DNA from: an uncultured Candidatus Saccharibacteria bacterium
GTDB lineage: Bacteria > Patescibacteriota > Minisyncoccia > Minisyncoccales > GWA2-38-27
DNA length: 64,000 nucleotides
NCBI GenBank assembly: GCA_964506305.1
Contig: CAZDKD010000001.1
Location: 8,031-72,030, forward strand
Direction of reading: 5' to 3'
In this document: positions 54,727 to 63,758 of the stretch, in pieces
Position numbering within the stretch: the first letter of the stretch is position 1
Layout of the letters: the number at the start of each line of letters is the position of its first letter
Notes under the pieces: model-generated
Databases searched by the model: none
Seen by the model: only the letters and a program-made list of their open reading frames with translations
What the model was told of the DNA's origin: nothing
Made by a program: the position numbers and the translations under genes

Positions 54727-55551
54727 ATGAAATTAGAAACTTATGCTAAAAATACTTGGTGTCCGGGATGCAGCAACTTCGGAATTTTAGCTGCTCTAAA
54801 AGGGGCAATTTCTGCAATAATAACAAGCGGGACGCCGAAAGAGAATATAGTGGTGGTAAGCGGAATCGGCTGCAGTTCAAAAATTATTGATTATTTGGAT
54901 TTGAATACTTTTTCTTCTTTACATGGCCGGCCGGTTATTTCTGCCGAAGGAATTAAATTAGGAAATCCAAAACTTAAGGTCATAGTAGCTGCCGGAGACG
55001 GAGGCAATTATAACGAAGGAATTTCTCATTTAATTCATGCTGCCAAAAGAAACATTGATATTACGGTTTTAGTTCACGATAATAGAAATTTTGCTTTAAC
55101 TACTAGCCAGTTTACAGCCACTTCGCCTAAAGGATTTAAAGGAAGATCAACCCCAAGAGGAAGTGTTGAAGAGCCGTTTGATCCCTTGGAATTAATGCTT
55201 GCCTCAAAAGCAAGTTTTATAGCCAGAGGATATTCTATGAAATTAAATCATCTTAAGGGATTAATAGAAGAGGGGATTAAATACAAAGGATTTTCTTTTA
55301 TTGAAATTCTTCAGCCCTGTATTACATTTTTTGATACCACTGATTCTTATAACAAGAGAGTTTATGAAATGAAAGAGAGTAATTTAACTTCTAAGAAAGA
55401 AGCAATGAAAAAAATTGAAGAGTGGGATTATAACAAGGATAATTCTAAAATTCCCCTTGGTATTTTCTATAAAATTCAAAAACCTGTCTATGAAAAGGAG
55501 CTATTAAAAGAATCAAATCCTTCAAAAAGAAGCAAAAGGGTTGATTTATAA
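54727..55551 (+). CDS. 2-oxoacid:ferredoxin oxidoreductase beta (TPP-binding) subunit
   Basis: WCPGCSNFGIL, SGIGCSSKI, AAGDGGNYNEG. Confidence 0.8.
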   Translation: MKLETYAKNTWCPGCSNFGILAALKGAISAIITSGTPKENIVVVSGIGCSSKIIDYLDLNTFSSLHGRPVISAEGIKLGNPKLKVIVAAGDGGNYNEGISHLIHAAKRNIDITVLVHDNRNFALTTSQFTATSPKGFKGRSTPRGSVEEPFDPLELMLASKASFIARGYSMKLNHLKGLIEEGIKYKGFSFIEILQPCITFFDTTDSYNKRVYEMKESNLTSKKEAMKKIEEWDYNKDNSKIPLGIFYKIQKPVYEKELLKESNPSKRSKRVDL

Positions 55552-55557
55552 AGTCTT

Positions 55558-55749
55558 ATGTCTTATAAAGTTAATAAAGAAAAATGCATAGGTTGCGGAA
55601 GTTGCGTCCAAGCTTGCGAGGGAGCAATAGAGTTAGGAGATGACGGAAAAGCAAAAGTTATAAACCAGGAAAAACTTGAACAGTGCGGGGGAGAAAGCGT
55701 TTGTCCTTTTGGAGCGATAGAAAAGATAGAAGAAGAGAAAAAGTGTTAA
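55558..55749 (+). CDS. 4Fe-4S ferredoxin (oxidoreductase delta-like)
   Basis: CIGCGSCVQACEG ... CGGESVCPFGAIE. Confidence 0.75.
   Translation: MSYKVNKEKCIGCGSCVQACEGAIELGDDGKAKVINQEKLEQCGGESVCPFGAIEKIEEEKKC
55693..55748 (+). repeat. direct repeat copy A (3' end of ferredoxin gene) flanking a 2-gene insertion; copy B at 56809-56862
   Basis: gaaagcgtttgtccttttggagcgatagaaaagatagaagaagagaaaaagtgttaa vs taaagcgtttgtctttttggggcgatagaaaagacagaagaagagaaaaaataa (~90% id). Confidence 0.6.
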
Positions 55750-55882
55750 AAGAAGTTTCTAAGAGAATAAGTCAATCTTTTGACAAGGTTTGGGAATTTG
55801 AAGAAGAGAAAGGTATTTCCTCGGGAGAGGCAGTTTTTTTTATTTAGTCTTAATAAAATAGTAAAAGATATTAAATAAAAAA

Positions 55883-56209
55883 TTGAGAATGAAAAAAGAA
55901 ATTGATAATACAATAGATACATCTAATGTTGTATTAAAATGGAGTCCTGACCCAAAAGGATATTTTACAATAAAACCTTTTCCTTCTAAAAAGAAAATTT
56001 TTGTAAGGTATTATAATTCAAAGAATATTTTAAAGCATACTTTTGCCGGAACAATTACATTACAGATAATGCAAGCGATTATTAAGAGAAAATTAATTTC
56101 AAAATTAGACCATGCTGCTTATCTTGGAAAAGAGATTGAAAAGGCCATAATTGCGTTAAAAAACAATCTTAATTACGTTCAGGATAAAGAGTTAAAATTA
56201 AAAAAATAA
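55883..56209 (+). CDS. hypothetical protein (DUF4346-like; ...DHAAYLGKEIEKA)
   Basis: Motif recollection only. Confidence 0.3.
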   Translation: MRMKKEIDNTIDTSNVVLKWSPDPKGYFTIKPFPSKKKIFVRYYNSKNILKHTFAGTITLQIMQAIIKRKLISKLDHAAYLGKEIEKAIIALKNNLNYVQDKELKLKK

Positions 56210-56271
56210 AAATAGTTGAGAAATGTAATAAAGAAGAGAGAGGTGGTATAATTTTAAATTAATTTAAATTA

Positions 56272-56811
56272 ATGAATCTTGTAGCAAGAGTGCTTAATAA
56301 AGAAGCGAAGCGGGGCAAGCCGAAATTAATTTTGGAAAAATTAGGATTGAAACCATTTCAGAAGGTAGCTGATATTGGAGCAGGTGGAGGGTATTTCGCT
56401 TTCCAGTTTGCCAAAGAAGTTGAAAAAGTTTATACTTTAGACGTAAGACAAAGTTTTTTAGATTATATTAATGAAAAAATTAAGAAAGAAGGTATAGATA
56501 ATATTGAAACTATTCTAATTAAAGATAAGGTTTTATTACCTGAAAAAGTTGATTTGATTTTTTTAAGGAACGTCTATCATCATTTAAAAGTAGAAAATAG
56601 AATTGAGTATCTTAGAAAATTAAAAGAGTATTTAAAGAAAGAAGGCAAATTGGTAATTGTAGAATACGAGAAAGCTAAAATATTAATCCATGGGACTCAA
56701 AAACGAACTATTTTAGATGAATTAGAAAAGGCGGGATATAGAATTGTAAAAGAATGTAATATTTTACCAAAACAGAATTTTTTGATATTTGAAAGCGAAG
56801 AAGAGATATAA
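56272..56811 (+). CDS. class I SAM-dependent methyltransferase
   Basis: Motif I VADIGAGGGYFAFQFA, post-I VYTLDV. Confidence 0.7.
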   Translation: MNLVARVLNKEAKRGKPKLILEKLGLKPFQKVADIGAGGGYFAFQFAKEVEKVYTLDVRQSFLDYINEKIKKEGIDNIETILIKDKVLLPEKVDLIFLRNVYHHLKVENRIEYLRKLKEYLKKEGKLVIVEYEKAKILIHGTQKRTILDELEKAGYRIVKECNILPKQNFLIFESEEEI

Positions 56812-56868
56812 AGCGTTTGTCTTTTTGGGGCGATAGAAAAGACAGAAGAAGAGAAAAAATAAGTTACT

Positions 56869-57708
56869 ATGTTTAAATCAAAAATTATACTTTTTAGTCT
56901 TTTAGCTATAATATTAGCGAGTGTTTGTTTTGGAGATTTTTCAGAAGCTTCAGAAACTAGGGAAAATTGTATTTGCCTTGTTTATATTACCGGGGTTGGC
57001 TGTCCTAATTGCGCGGTTACCGATCCGGTTGTTCTTTCAGAATGGACTTTGAAGTATCCGAATTTGGTAGCAATAGAGTACGAAATTTACGAAAATAACG
57101 AAGAAAATTATCCCACAGCCGATGAATATTTTGAAAACTATATTTCTTCGGGTGTCCGTCCCGGCATCCCCTTTTTGATATTAGATAAAGACAATGTTTC
57201 TCTCGGACGTTTTGAAGTTTTAGAAGCTGAGAAAAGAATTGAAAATTTATGCGAAAATAAGCTTCCATTACCAGATAATTCTTGTCAGAAGTTTGAAGAT
57301 TTAGATATAAATAATTTGCCGGGAAAACCTAATATTTGGGTGAATGGGAGAGTTTTAACGCCCGTAGGAGAAAAAAAGGCGGATGATGAGTTATTGAAGA
57401 AGCTTTTATTTGAAGATGATATTCTATCTGTATTGGAGGGATTAGATTATACGATAATAGTTCCCGAGCTTGTTTCTTTCTCAAATGGGGAGGTAAATTT
57501 TGATAATGCTTTACTGATAGACGGCTGGAGGTTCCAGTGGAACGGGGAAGGTTTAGATAATTCTCTTCCGATTAACGCTACTGCTTTAGCAGGTTTGAGC
57601 AATAAAATAAATTGGTCAAAGATTTTTTATCCGGCATTAATAATAATCTTCGTTTTAATTTTTATAACCTCAGTTTATAAAAAAAAGAAAAGTGAGCCAG
57701 CTACATAA
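56869..57708 (+). CDS. exported CxxC (thioredoxin-like) protein with C-terminal TM anchor
   Basis: Signal peptide; VYITGVGCPNCAV. Confidence 0.4.
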   Translation: MFKSKIILFSLLAIILASVCFGDFSEASETRENCICLVYITGVGCPNCAVTDPVVLSEWTLKYPNLVAIEYEIYENNEENYPTADEYFENYISSGVRPGIPFLILDKDNVSLGRFEVLEAEKRIENLCENKLPLPDNSCQKFEDLDINNLPGKPNIWVNGRVLTPVGEKKADDELLKKLLFEDDILSVLEGLDYTIIVPELVSFSNGEVNFDNALLIDGWRFQWNGEGLDNSLPINATALAGLSNKINWSKIFYPALIIIFVLIFITSVYKKKKSEPAT

Positions 57709-58555
57709 AAAAATTATTACCGCAATTTTTGCAATTGCGTTTTTAGTTACCCTCTTTTTTTTGACAAAGAACGCCGATCCCGAGTATTTTAAAAACTTAG
57801 GCCTGACTCTTTCTTTGCCCTTGTTTACTTTTTTAATTGCCATAATTGACGGTTTTAATCCTTGCACGATGTGGCTTTTAACTTTTTTGCTTGTTTTGCT
57901 TATTTCTGTTTCCGAAAGTAGAAAAAGAATATTTATAGTAGGATTTAGTTTTGTTTCAGTAGTTTTTATAATTTATTTTTTATTTACAGCTGCTTGGCTA
58001 AACATATTTCGTTATATAGGCTTTATTGATCCTTTAAGAATAACTATTGGAATTATTGCCCTGGTTGCCGGTTTTTATAATTTAAAGTCTTATTTTTTTT
58101 CAAAAACGAGTGTTTGTGTTGGCGGTGTTTGCGAGGCTCAGGACGAATCAAAAGAGAGTTTTTTAAAGAAAGCTATATTCGGGAAAATTAGAAAAATTAC
58201 CGAAATTATAAAAAAAGGATCGATACCTGCCCTAATAATAGCTTCTATTACCATGGCTGTTTTTTCTTCCTTGGTTGAACTGCCTTGTACTGCGGGTTGG
58301 CCTATAATTTATACCGGTGTTCTTTCTTCAAAGTTTTTTGTTCAAACTTTCAATTATTATGCTTACTTGTTTCTTTATAATATCTTTTATGTAGTTCCGC
58401 TTTCAATAATAATATTATTGTTTGGTTGGCTTTTTAAAGGAAAAGGAATTTCCAAGAACCAAATGCAAATGATAAAACTTGGCGGGGGTTTGATTATGAT
58501 TTTTTTAGGAATAATTCTTTTGTTTAATCCAGAATTGCTTATGTTGGTTGAATGA
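57692..58555 (+). CDS. polytopic membrane protein with two conserved Cys (NPC / LPCTAGW), possible thiol-disulfide partner of upstream CxxC protein
   Basis: 7-8 TM; DGFNPCTMW and ELPCTAGWP. Confidence 0.35.
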   Translation: MSQLHKKIITAIFAIAFLVTLFFLTKNADPEYFKNLGLTLSLPLFTFLIAIIDGFNPCTMWLLTFLLVLLISVSESRKRIFIVGFSFVSVVFIIYFLFTAAWLNIFRYIGFIDPLRITIGIIALVAGFYNLKSYFFSKTSVCVGGVCEAQDESKESFLKKAIFGKIRKITEIIKKGSIPALIIASITMAVFSSLVELPCTAGWPIIYTGVLSSKFFVQTFNYYAYLFLYNIFYVVPLSIIILLFGWLFKGKGISKNQMQMIKLGGGLIMIFLGIILLFNPELLMLVE

Positions 58556-58633
58556 AAAGAGTGCGAGGAAAGTCTACGAAGCTGATTCAAAAAGTCGTTT
58601 GTTAAAATTAACTCTTAATTTTTTTTAAATTCT

Positions 58634-59146
58634 ATGGCTATTATAAAATCGTTAGAGAAAAATGAAGTTGAGGAAACAGCTAAAGAGGTTTATGAAAAAT
58701 TTGAAAAAGATTCCGGAAAAGTTCCAGAATGGGTAAAAGTAATGGCTCATAACCCGAAAGTGGTAAAGGAGTTTACCGAATTATTTAAAGTAATAATGAA
58801 AGAAGGGTATATAGAGCCTTCTTTAAGATGGAAAATAGCTTATATTGTTTCCAACACTTTAAAGTGTCCTTTTTGTGTGGATGTAACCGGTAAGATGCTT
58901 GAAACTATGGGTGCCTCAAGCGAGGTTTTGGAGCAAATAAAAGAAGGCAAAGATCTTCCGGAAGAAGAAAAGCAAGTGTTAGAACTCGTAAAAGAAGTAA
59001 CTGCTAAAGCTACTTGTAATACGGAGCTTCTGGAAAAACTAAAGGCGAAGTTTTCAGAAGCAGAGCTGGTAGAAATTGTTTCAATTATCGGCTTGTTTAA
59101 TTATATCAACCGTTTCAACAATACTTTTTGCATTCTTCCTGAATAA
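58634..59146 (+). CDS. carboxymuconolactone decarboxylase/AhpD-like protein
   Basis: IAYIVSNTLKCPFCVDVTG (CxxC in AhpD-like helix). Confidence 0.6.
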   Translation: MAIIKSLEKNEVEETAKEVYEKFEKDSGKVPEWVKVMAHNPKVVKEFTELFKVIMKEGYIEPSLRWKIAYIVSNTLKCPFCVDVTGKMLETMGASSEVLEQIKEGKDLPEEEKQVLELVKEVTAKATCNTELLEKLKAKFSEAELVEIVSIIGLFNYINRFNNTFCILPE

Positions 59147-59148
59147 TA

Positions 59149-59787
59149 ATGAAAGTCACCATTATCTATGACAATACTGCTTTCAAAAAAGACCTTCAAT
59201 CTAATTGGGGCTTTTCTGTATTAGTTGAGGTAAAAAATACTCCAAGAATTTTGTTTGATACTGGCGGAGATGGAAAAATTTTGCTCGGTAATATGAAAAA
59301 GTTAGGAATAAATCCAACTTCAATTGATGAGGTTTTTATTTCTCATGCTCATTTTGACCATACCGGAGGACTTTCTGAATTTCTGAATGTAAATAAAAAA
59401 GCTAAAATTTACATCCCGTCCTCATTTCATGGACTAAAAAATAGAGAAGTTGTTGTTATAGAAAAGCCGACAAAAATTCACGAAAATGTTTTCTCTACCG
59501 GAGAGCTGGAGGGAATTGAACAGAGTATGGCAGTTTCAACCGACAAAGGAATAGTTTTGATTGTAGGTTGCTCCCATCCTTATATGGGTCATATTTTAGA
59601 TGCAGCTAGAAAATTTGGGCAAATCTATGCGGTTATTGGAGGAATGCATGGATTTTCTGAATTTGAATTATTTAAAGATTTAGAATTAATTTGTCCTACT
59701 CATTGTACTCAACACAAAGCCGAGCTCAAAAAGTTATATCCCCAAAAATATATTGAAGGCGGAGCAGGCCAAATAATTGATATTTAA
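59149..59787 (+). CDS. metallo-beta-lactamase fold hydrolase
   Basis: ISHAHFDHTGGL. Confidence 0.65.
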   Translation: MKVTIIYDNTAFKKDLQSNWGFSVLVEVKNTPRILFDTGGDGKILLGNMKKLGINPTSIDEVFISHAHFDHTGGLSEFLNVNKKAKIYIPSSFHGLKNREVVVIEKPTKIHENVFSTGELEGIEQSMAVSTDKGIVLIVGCSHPYMGHILDAARKFGQIYAVIGGMHGFSEFELFKDLELICPTHCTQHKAELKKLYPQKYIEGGAGQIIDI

Positions 59788-59789
59788 TT

Positions 59790-60371
59790 ATGGAAAATGA
59801 TATTTTAAGAATAGTAAAAGAAGATCTTTTAGAAGAATTGAAAAGAAAAAATGATAAGCTTTCGTCCTTACTGATAGAGCCTGAGATTAAAGTTTCCCGT
59901 TTTTTTATATCTAAAGCGATTGGAGAATTAAAGAAGGAAGATTTGATACAAACTAAAGGAGAGTTGATTTTTTTAACCGAACAAGGAAACAAAAAAGCGG
60001 AAAGCATTGTTAGAAAACATTCTATTATTGAGAATTATTTTAAAAAGACAAGAAGTAAAGAAGAAGCCTGGAAAGCTGCTAGTATTCTTGAACATTATGT
60101 TTCTATGAAAGTTATTGATAATATAAAAAAGTTATCTACGTTCAGAAAAGAGGGTGCTCCTTTAACAGAATTTAAACAAAAGGAAGGATTAATTACCGAT
60201 ATTATTTTTAATGTTGGATTATTTGAGAGAGTAGTTAGTATGGGAATATGTCCCGGAGAGAAAATAAAGATAACCAATAAACTTCCAGATAGTATTATTG
60301 TTGAAATAGAAAATAAAAAGTTTGCCTTAGATTTATCTATAGCAAAAAAAATTAAAGTATTAAAAAGGTGA
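59790..60371 (+). CDS. DtxR-family metal-dependent regulator with C-terminal FeoA domain
   Basis: N-terminal wHTH, FeoA-like ITDIIFNVGLFERVVSMGICPGEKIKI; immediately upstream of feoB with 4-nt overlap. Confidence 0.55.
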   Translation: MENDILRIVKEDLLEELKRKNDKLSSLLIEPEIKVSRFFISKAIGELKKEDLIQTKGELIFLTEQGNKKAESIVRKHSIIENYFKKTRSKEEAWKAASILEHYVSMKVIDNIKKLSTFRKEGAPLTEFKQKEGLITDIIFNVGLFERVVSMGICPGEKIKITNKLPDSIIVEIENKKFALDLSIAKKIKVLKR

Positions 60372-62251
60372 AAAAACTCAAAATACTTTTAGTTGGTCAA
60401 CCAAACGTAGGGAAATCAGTACTACTCAACGCTTTAGTTGGCCCAAGGGGTTTGGTTTCCAATTATCCTGGCACCACGGTTGAAATAACTCAGGCAGAGA
60501 AAATTTTTGGCGATACAAGAATAAGTTTTGTTGATACTCCTGGAGTATATTCTATATCTGACAGGTCAGAGGAAGAAAAAGTCACCGAAAAGGCTTTATT
60601 TGAACAAAAAATAGATGGAGCAATAGTAATCGCTGATGCTACTTCTCTTGAAAGAAGTCTTTATGTGTTACTGCAAATATTAGAGGCTCGAATTCCTGTT
60701 GTTTTGGCTCTTAATTTTGTAGAAGACGGTGAAAAGAGGGGAATAAAGATTAATTGTGAAAAGCTAAAGAAACTTCTCGGGATTTCAGTTGTTCCTATCA
60801 ATCCTTTAACCAGAAGAGGAATAGCTGAATTGGTAAAGAAAATATTGATTATTCAACAGGTGGCAAGACCTAGATTTAGAACAAATTATGACGATGATAT
60901 CGAAAGAGCAATAAATATAGTTTCTGAACAGGTTAAAGATACTCTACCTCAAAGATTTATTGCCCTAAGAGTTTTGGAAGAGGATGAAGATTTTTATAGT
61001 TATTTAAAAAATAAAGAAGTAATTGGAGAAATTAAACGAAGTTTAAAGAATCACCCCGAAATTTCCAAAGATATATCTATAACTAGATACGGCACAGCCT
61101 CGTTTATAGCCAGAGAAGTCACTAATATAGTTTCTTTAAAAAGTAAAAAAAAGTTATTAGAGGAGAGAATCGATGATATTCTATTGCATAAAATCTGGGG
61201 TCCAATTACTACTGGAATATCTTTTTTGGCAATATTCGGGATTTTATTGTATCTAGGCAGTTGGATGCAAGGTTTATTGATGAAATGGGCAGAGAAGTTT
61301 TTATCTTCTTTTGCTCCAGCAGATTCGGTATTTTCTATAATCCTAGTTCAAGGTTTAACTGGGTTAACAGCTGGTATTGCTATTGCCTTGCCATATGTAT
61401 TATTGTTCTATTTGCTTTTGGGTTTATTGGAAGACATAGGTCTTCTTTCCAGATTTATTGTTAATACGGATAGATTTTTAAAAAAATTGAGTCTTTCTGG
61501 GAAATCATTTATTCCTTTAGCTCTGGGTTTGGGTTGTACGGTGCCGGCAATTCGAGCTACTAGAGTTTTATCTTCCAAAAAGGAACAGCATTATACTTCA
61601 ACATTATTCGCCTTTGTTCCCTGTTCTAGTAGAATAGCTATAATAATGGGGATAGTCGGTTTTTATGGAGGGATAAAGTTAGCTTTTTCTGTTTTCATTA
61701 CTTTGTTTATTGCTGGCTTGATATGGATTCTTGTGATAAAACAAATTTTCCATATAAAGAGTGAACCCCTGCTTTTAGAGTTGCCTCCGTACCGAAAGCC
61801 CTTGGTTAAAGGCACTTTGGTAAAAAGCTGGCTCAGGATGAAAGATTTTGTATATATAGTTGTGCCTTTGTTAGCAGTAGGGGGGATAGTTTATGGAATT
61901 CTTAAGATGACAGGCCTTACCGAAGTTATAGTAGGTCCTCTTTCCCCGATTACTAATTGGTTAGGTTTGCCGGCTGCTCTCGTAATTCCTTTAGCATTTG
62001 GATTTTTGCAAAAAGATTTAACCGGAGCAATGCTGATATCGGTTTTAGGCAGTGATGTTTCTTCTATTCTCAGTCCTCTCCAGATTTATACATTTGGCAT
62101 AGCTGCCACTATTGGTATTCCTTGCATAATCGCTTTGGGAATGTTAGCAAAAGAATTTGGATTAAAGAAAGCATTAATTTTAACCGTATGTTCTGTAGGT
62201 TATGGGCTTTTATTCGCCGGTTTAATGTGGAGGGTAATCTCTGTTTTCTAA
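60368..62251 (+). CDS. feoB: ferrous iron transporter B
   Basis: G-domain LVGQPNVGKSVLLNALVG, DTPGVYS, then gate/nucleoside-recognition polytopic membrane region. Confidence 0.85.
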   Translation: MKKLKILLVGQPNVGKSVLLNALVGPRGLVSNYPGTTVEITQAEKIFGDTRISFVDTPGVYSISDRSEEEKVTEKALFEQKIDGAIVIADATSLERSLYVLLQILEARIPVVLALNFVEDGEKRGIKINCEKLKKLLGISVVPINPLTRRGIAELVKKILIIQQVARPRFRTNYDDDIERAINIVSEQVKDTLPQRFIALRVLEEDEDFYSYLKNKEVIGEIKRSLKNHPEISKDISITRYGTASFIAREVTNIVSLKSKKKLLEERIDDILLHKIWGPITTGISFLAIFGILLYLGSWMQGLLMKWAEKFLSSFAPADSVFSIILVQGLTGLTAGIAIALPYVLLFYLLLGLLEDIGLLSRFIVNTDRFLKKLSLSGKSFIPLALGLGCTVPAIRATRVLSSKKEQHYTSTLFAFVPCSSRIAIIMGIVGFYGGIKLAFSVFITLFIAGLIWILVIKQIFHIKSEPLLLELPPYRKPLVKGTLVKSWLRMKDFVYIVVPLLAVGGIVYGILKMTGLTEVIVGPLSPITNWLGLPAALVIPLAFGFLQKDLTGAMLISVLGSDVSSILSPLQIYTFGIAATIGIPCIIALGMLAKEFGLKKALILTVCSVGYGLLFAGLMWRVISVF

Positions 62252-62316
62252 TTGAAACCGGTCTTAAAATACTTTAGTAAGGCACATCGAAGGAGGAGCA
62301 GGAAGAATAATAGAAT

Positions 62317-62392
62317 TATAAGAACCTACTCGCTTCGCTCGCAGAACCTTGATTCGCTAAGGAATAAATACATAATCTTGAAATAAATTATT
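62317..62392 (+). promoter_or_regulatory. promoter cassette R3 copy e
   Basis: tataagaacctactcgcttcgctcgcagaaccttgattcgctaaggaataaatacataatcttgaaataaa. Confidence 0.5.
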
Positions 62393-62597
62393 GAAATTTA
62401 AAATGGCCTGTAAATGGTACAACCTTTGTCCGTTAAGAGAATTGGAAAGAGAAGGAAAGATTAGTGACAAATGGAAAGAGGAATATTGTGAGACAAATGA
62501 TAATTGGAGGAATTGTAAAAGGTTCCAAATGGAAGAAGAAGGAAAATTTCATCCCGACAATATGATGCCGGACGGGAGTATCAAGGAGTTGGAATAA
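62391..62597 (+). CDS. small Cys-rich protein, paralog of 29529 gene
   Basis: MACKWYNLCP...CKRFQMEEEGKFHPDNMMPDG. Confidence 0.45.
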   Translation: MKFKMACKWYNLCPLRELEREGKISDKWKEEYCETNDNWRNCKRFQMEEEGKFHPDNMMPDGSIKELE

Positions 62598-62610
62598 ATA
62601 GAATTTAAAG

Positions 62611-63234
62611 ATGAATATAGAGCAAGAGCTTAAGAAAATTAAAGATGAGGTTGTAAGTTGTAAGAAATGTCCTTTGTATAAAAGTAGATATTTGCCGGTT
62701 ATTGGCGAGGGTAGTCACCAAGCTAAAATAATGTTTATAGGGGAAGCACCGGGAGCTCAAGAAGATAAAACCGGCCGGCCTTTTTGCGGGGCAGCAGGGA
62801 GGATTTTAGACGAACTTTTAGAATCAGCGGGGATTAAAAGAAAAGAAGTTTACATCTGTAATCTTTTAAAGTGCCGTCCGCCACAAAACCGCGATCCTCA
62901 GGCAGATGAAATTGAAGCATGCGTTCCTTATTTGGAAAAGCAGATTGAAATTATTGGCCCAAAAGTAATTTGTCCTTTGGGGAGGCATTCAATGGAATTT
63001 TTAATGAAGAAATTTGGATTAAAAGATGTGATTGAACCAATCAGCAAAATTCACGGGAAAGTATTTGAACCTCAGATTATTGCAGAAGATCTTCAGAATT
63101 CTCTTTTTGAACAAAAAAGAAAAGGGATTAAACAAATAAAAATCATTCCCCTTTATCATCCAGCAGTAGCAACCTATAATCCAAACATGAAAGAAGTTTT
63201 AAAAAAAGATTTTAAAGTTTTAAAAAAAATATGA
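62611..63234 (+). CDS. uracil-DNA glycosylase, family 4
   Basis: CKKCPL (Fe-S Cys), GEAPGAQEDKTGRPFCGAAGRILDELL, later HPA. Confidence 0.8.
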   Translation: MNIEQELKKIKDEVVSCKKCPLYKSRYLPVIGEGSHQAKIMFIGEAPGAQEDKTGRPFCGAAGRILDELLESAGIKRKEVYICNLLKCRPPQNRDPQADEIEACVPYLEKQIEIIGPKVICPLGRHSMEFLMKKFGLKDVIEPISKIHGKVFEPQIIAEDLQNSLFEQKRKGIKQIKIIPLYHPAVATYNPNMKEVLKKDFKVLKKI

Positions 63235-63674
63235 AAACTGCAAATAAAATAATTGAGATTAAATCAAAAGAGCAATTTGATATCATTGACTTAACTGATA
63301 GAATAACAGCTTTTGTTGAAGAGAGTAATATTAAAAACGGCTTGGTTAATATTCAAAGTCTCCATACTACTACTGCTGTTTTCGTTCAAGAAAACGAGCC
63401 CCTGCTTTTACAGGATATTAAGAAGCATTTAAATAGAATTGCTCCTCAAGATCTAAACTATAATCACGATGATTTTAGCCGTCGAACGGTAAATCTTTGT
63501 GATGACGAGTACCGTAACGGACATAGCCATTGCAAGGCTTTGAATTTACCAACCACTATCACTATAAATCTGATAAACAACGAAATTCAGCTTGGTAAAT
63601 GGCAAAAGATTTTATTTATCGAATTAGACAGAGCGAGAGAAAGAAAAGTCCAAATTCAAATTATAGGAGAATGA
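63231..63674 (+). CDS. yjbQ: YjbQ-family (secondary thiamine-phosphate synthase) protein
   Basis: HTTTAVFVQENE ... NGHSHCKALNLPTTITI pattern. Confidence 0.7.
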   Translation: MKTANKIIEIKSKEQFDIIDLTDRITAFVEESNIKNGLVNIQSLHTTTAVFVQENEPLLLQDIKKHLNRIAPQDLNYNHDDFSRRTVNLCDDEYRNGHSHCKALNLPTTITINLINNEIQLGKWQKILFIELDRARERKVQIQIIGE

Positions 63675-63758
63675 ATATTGACTCGTCAAAGGGTTGACTT
63701 TTTCAAAAAAATGTTCTAAAAAAGATAGTAATTTTAAAAATTTAAAAAAGGAGATAAA

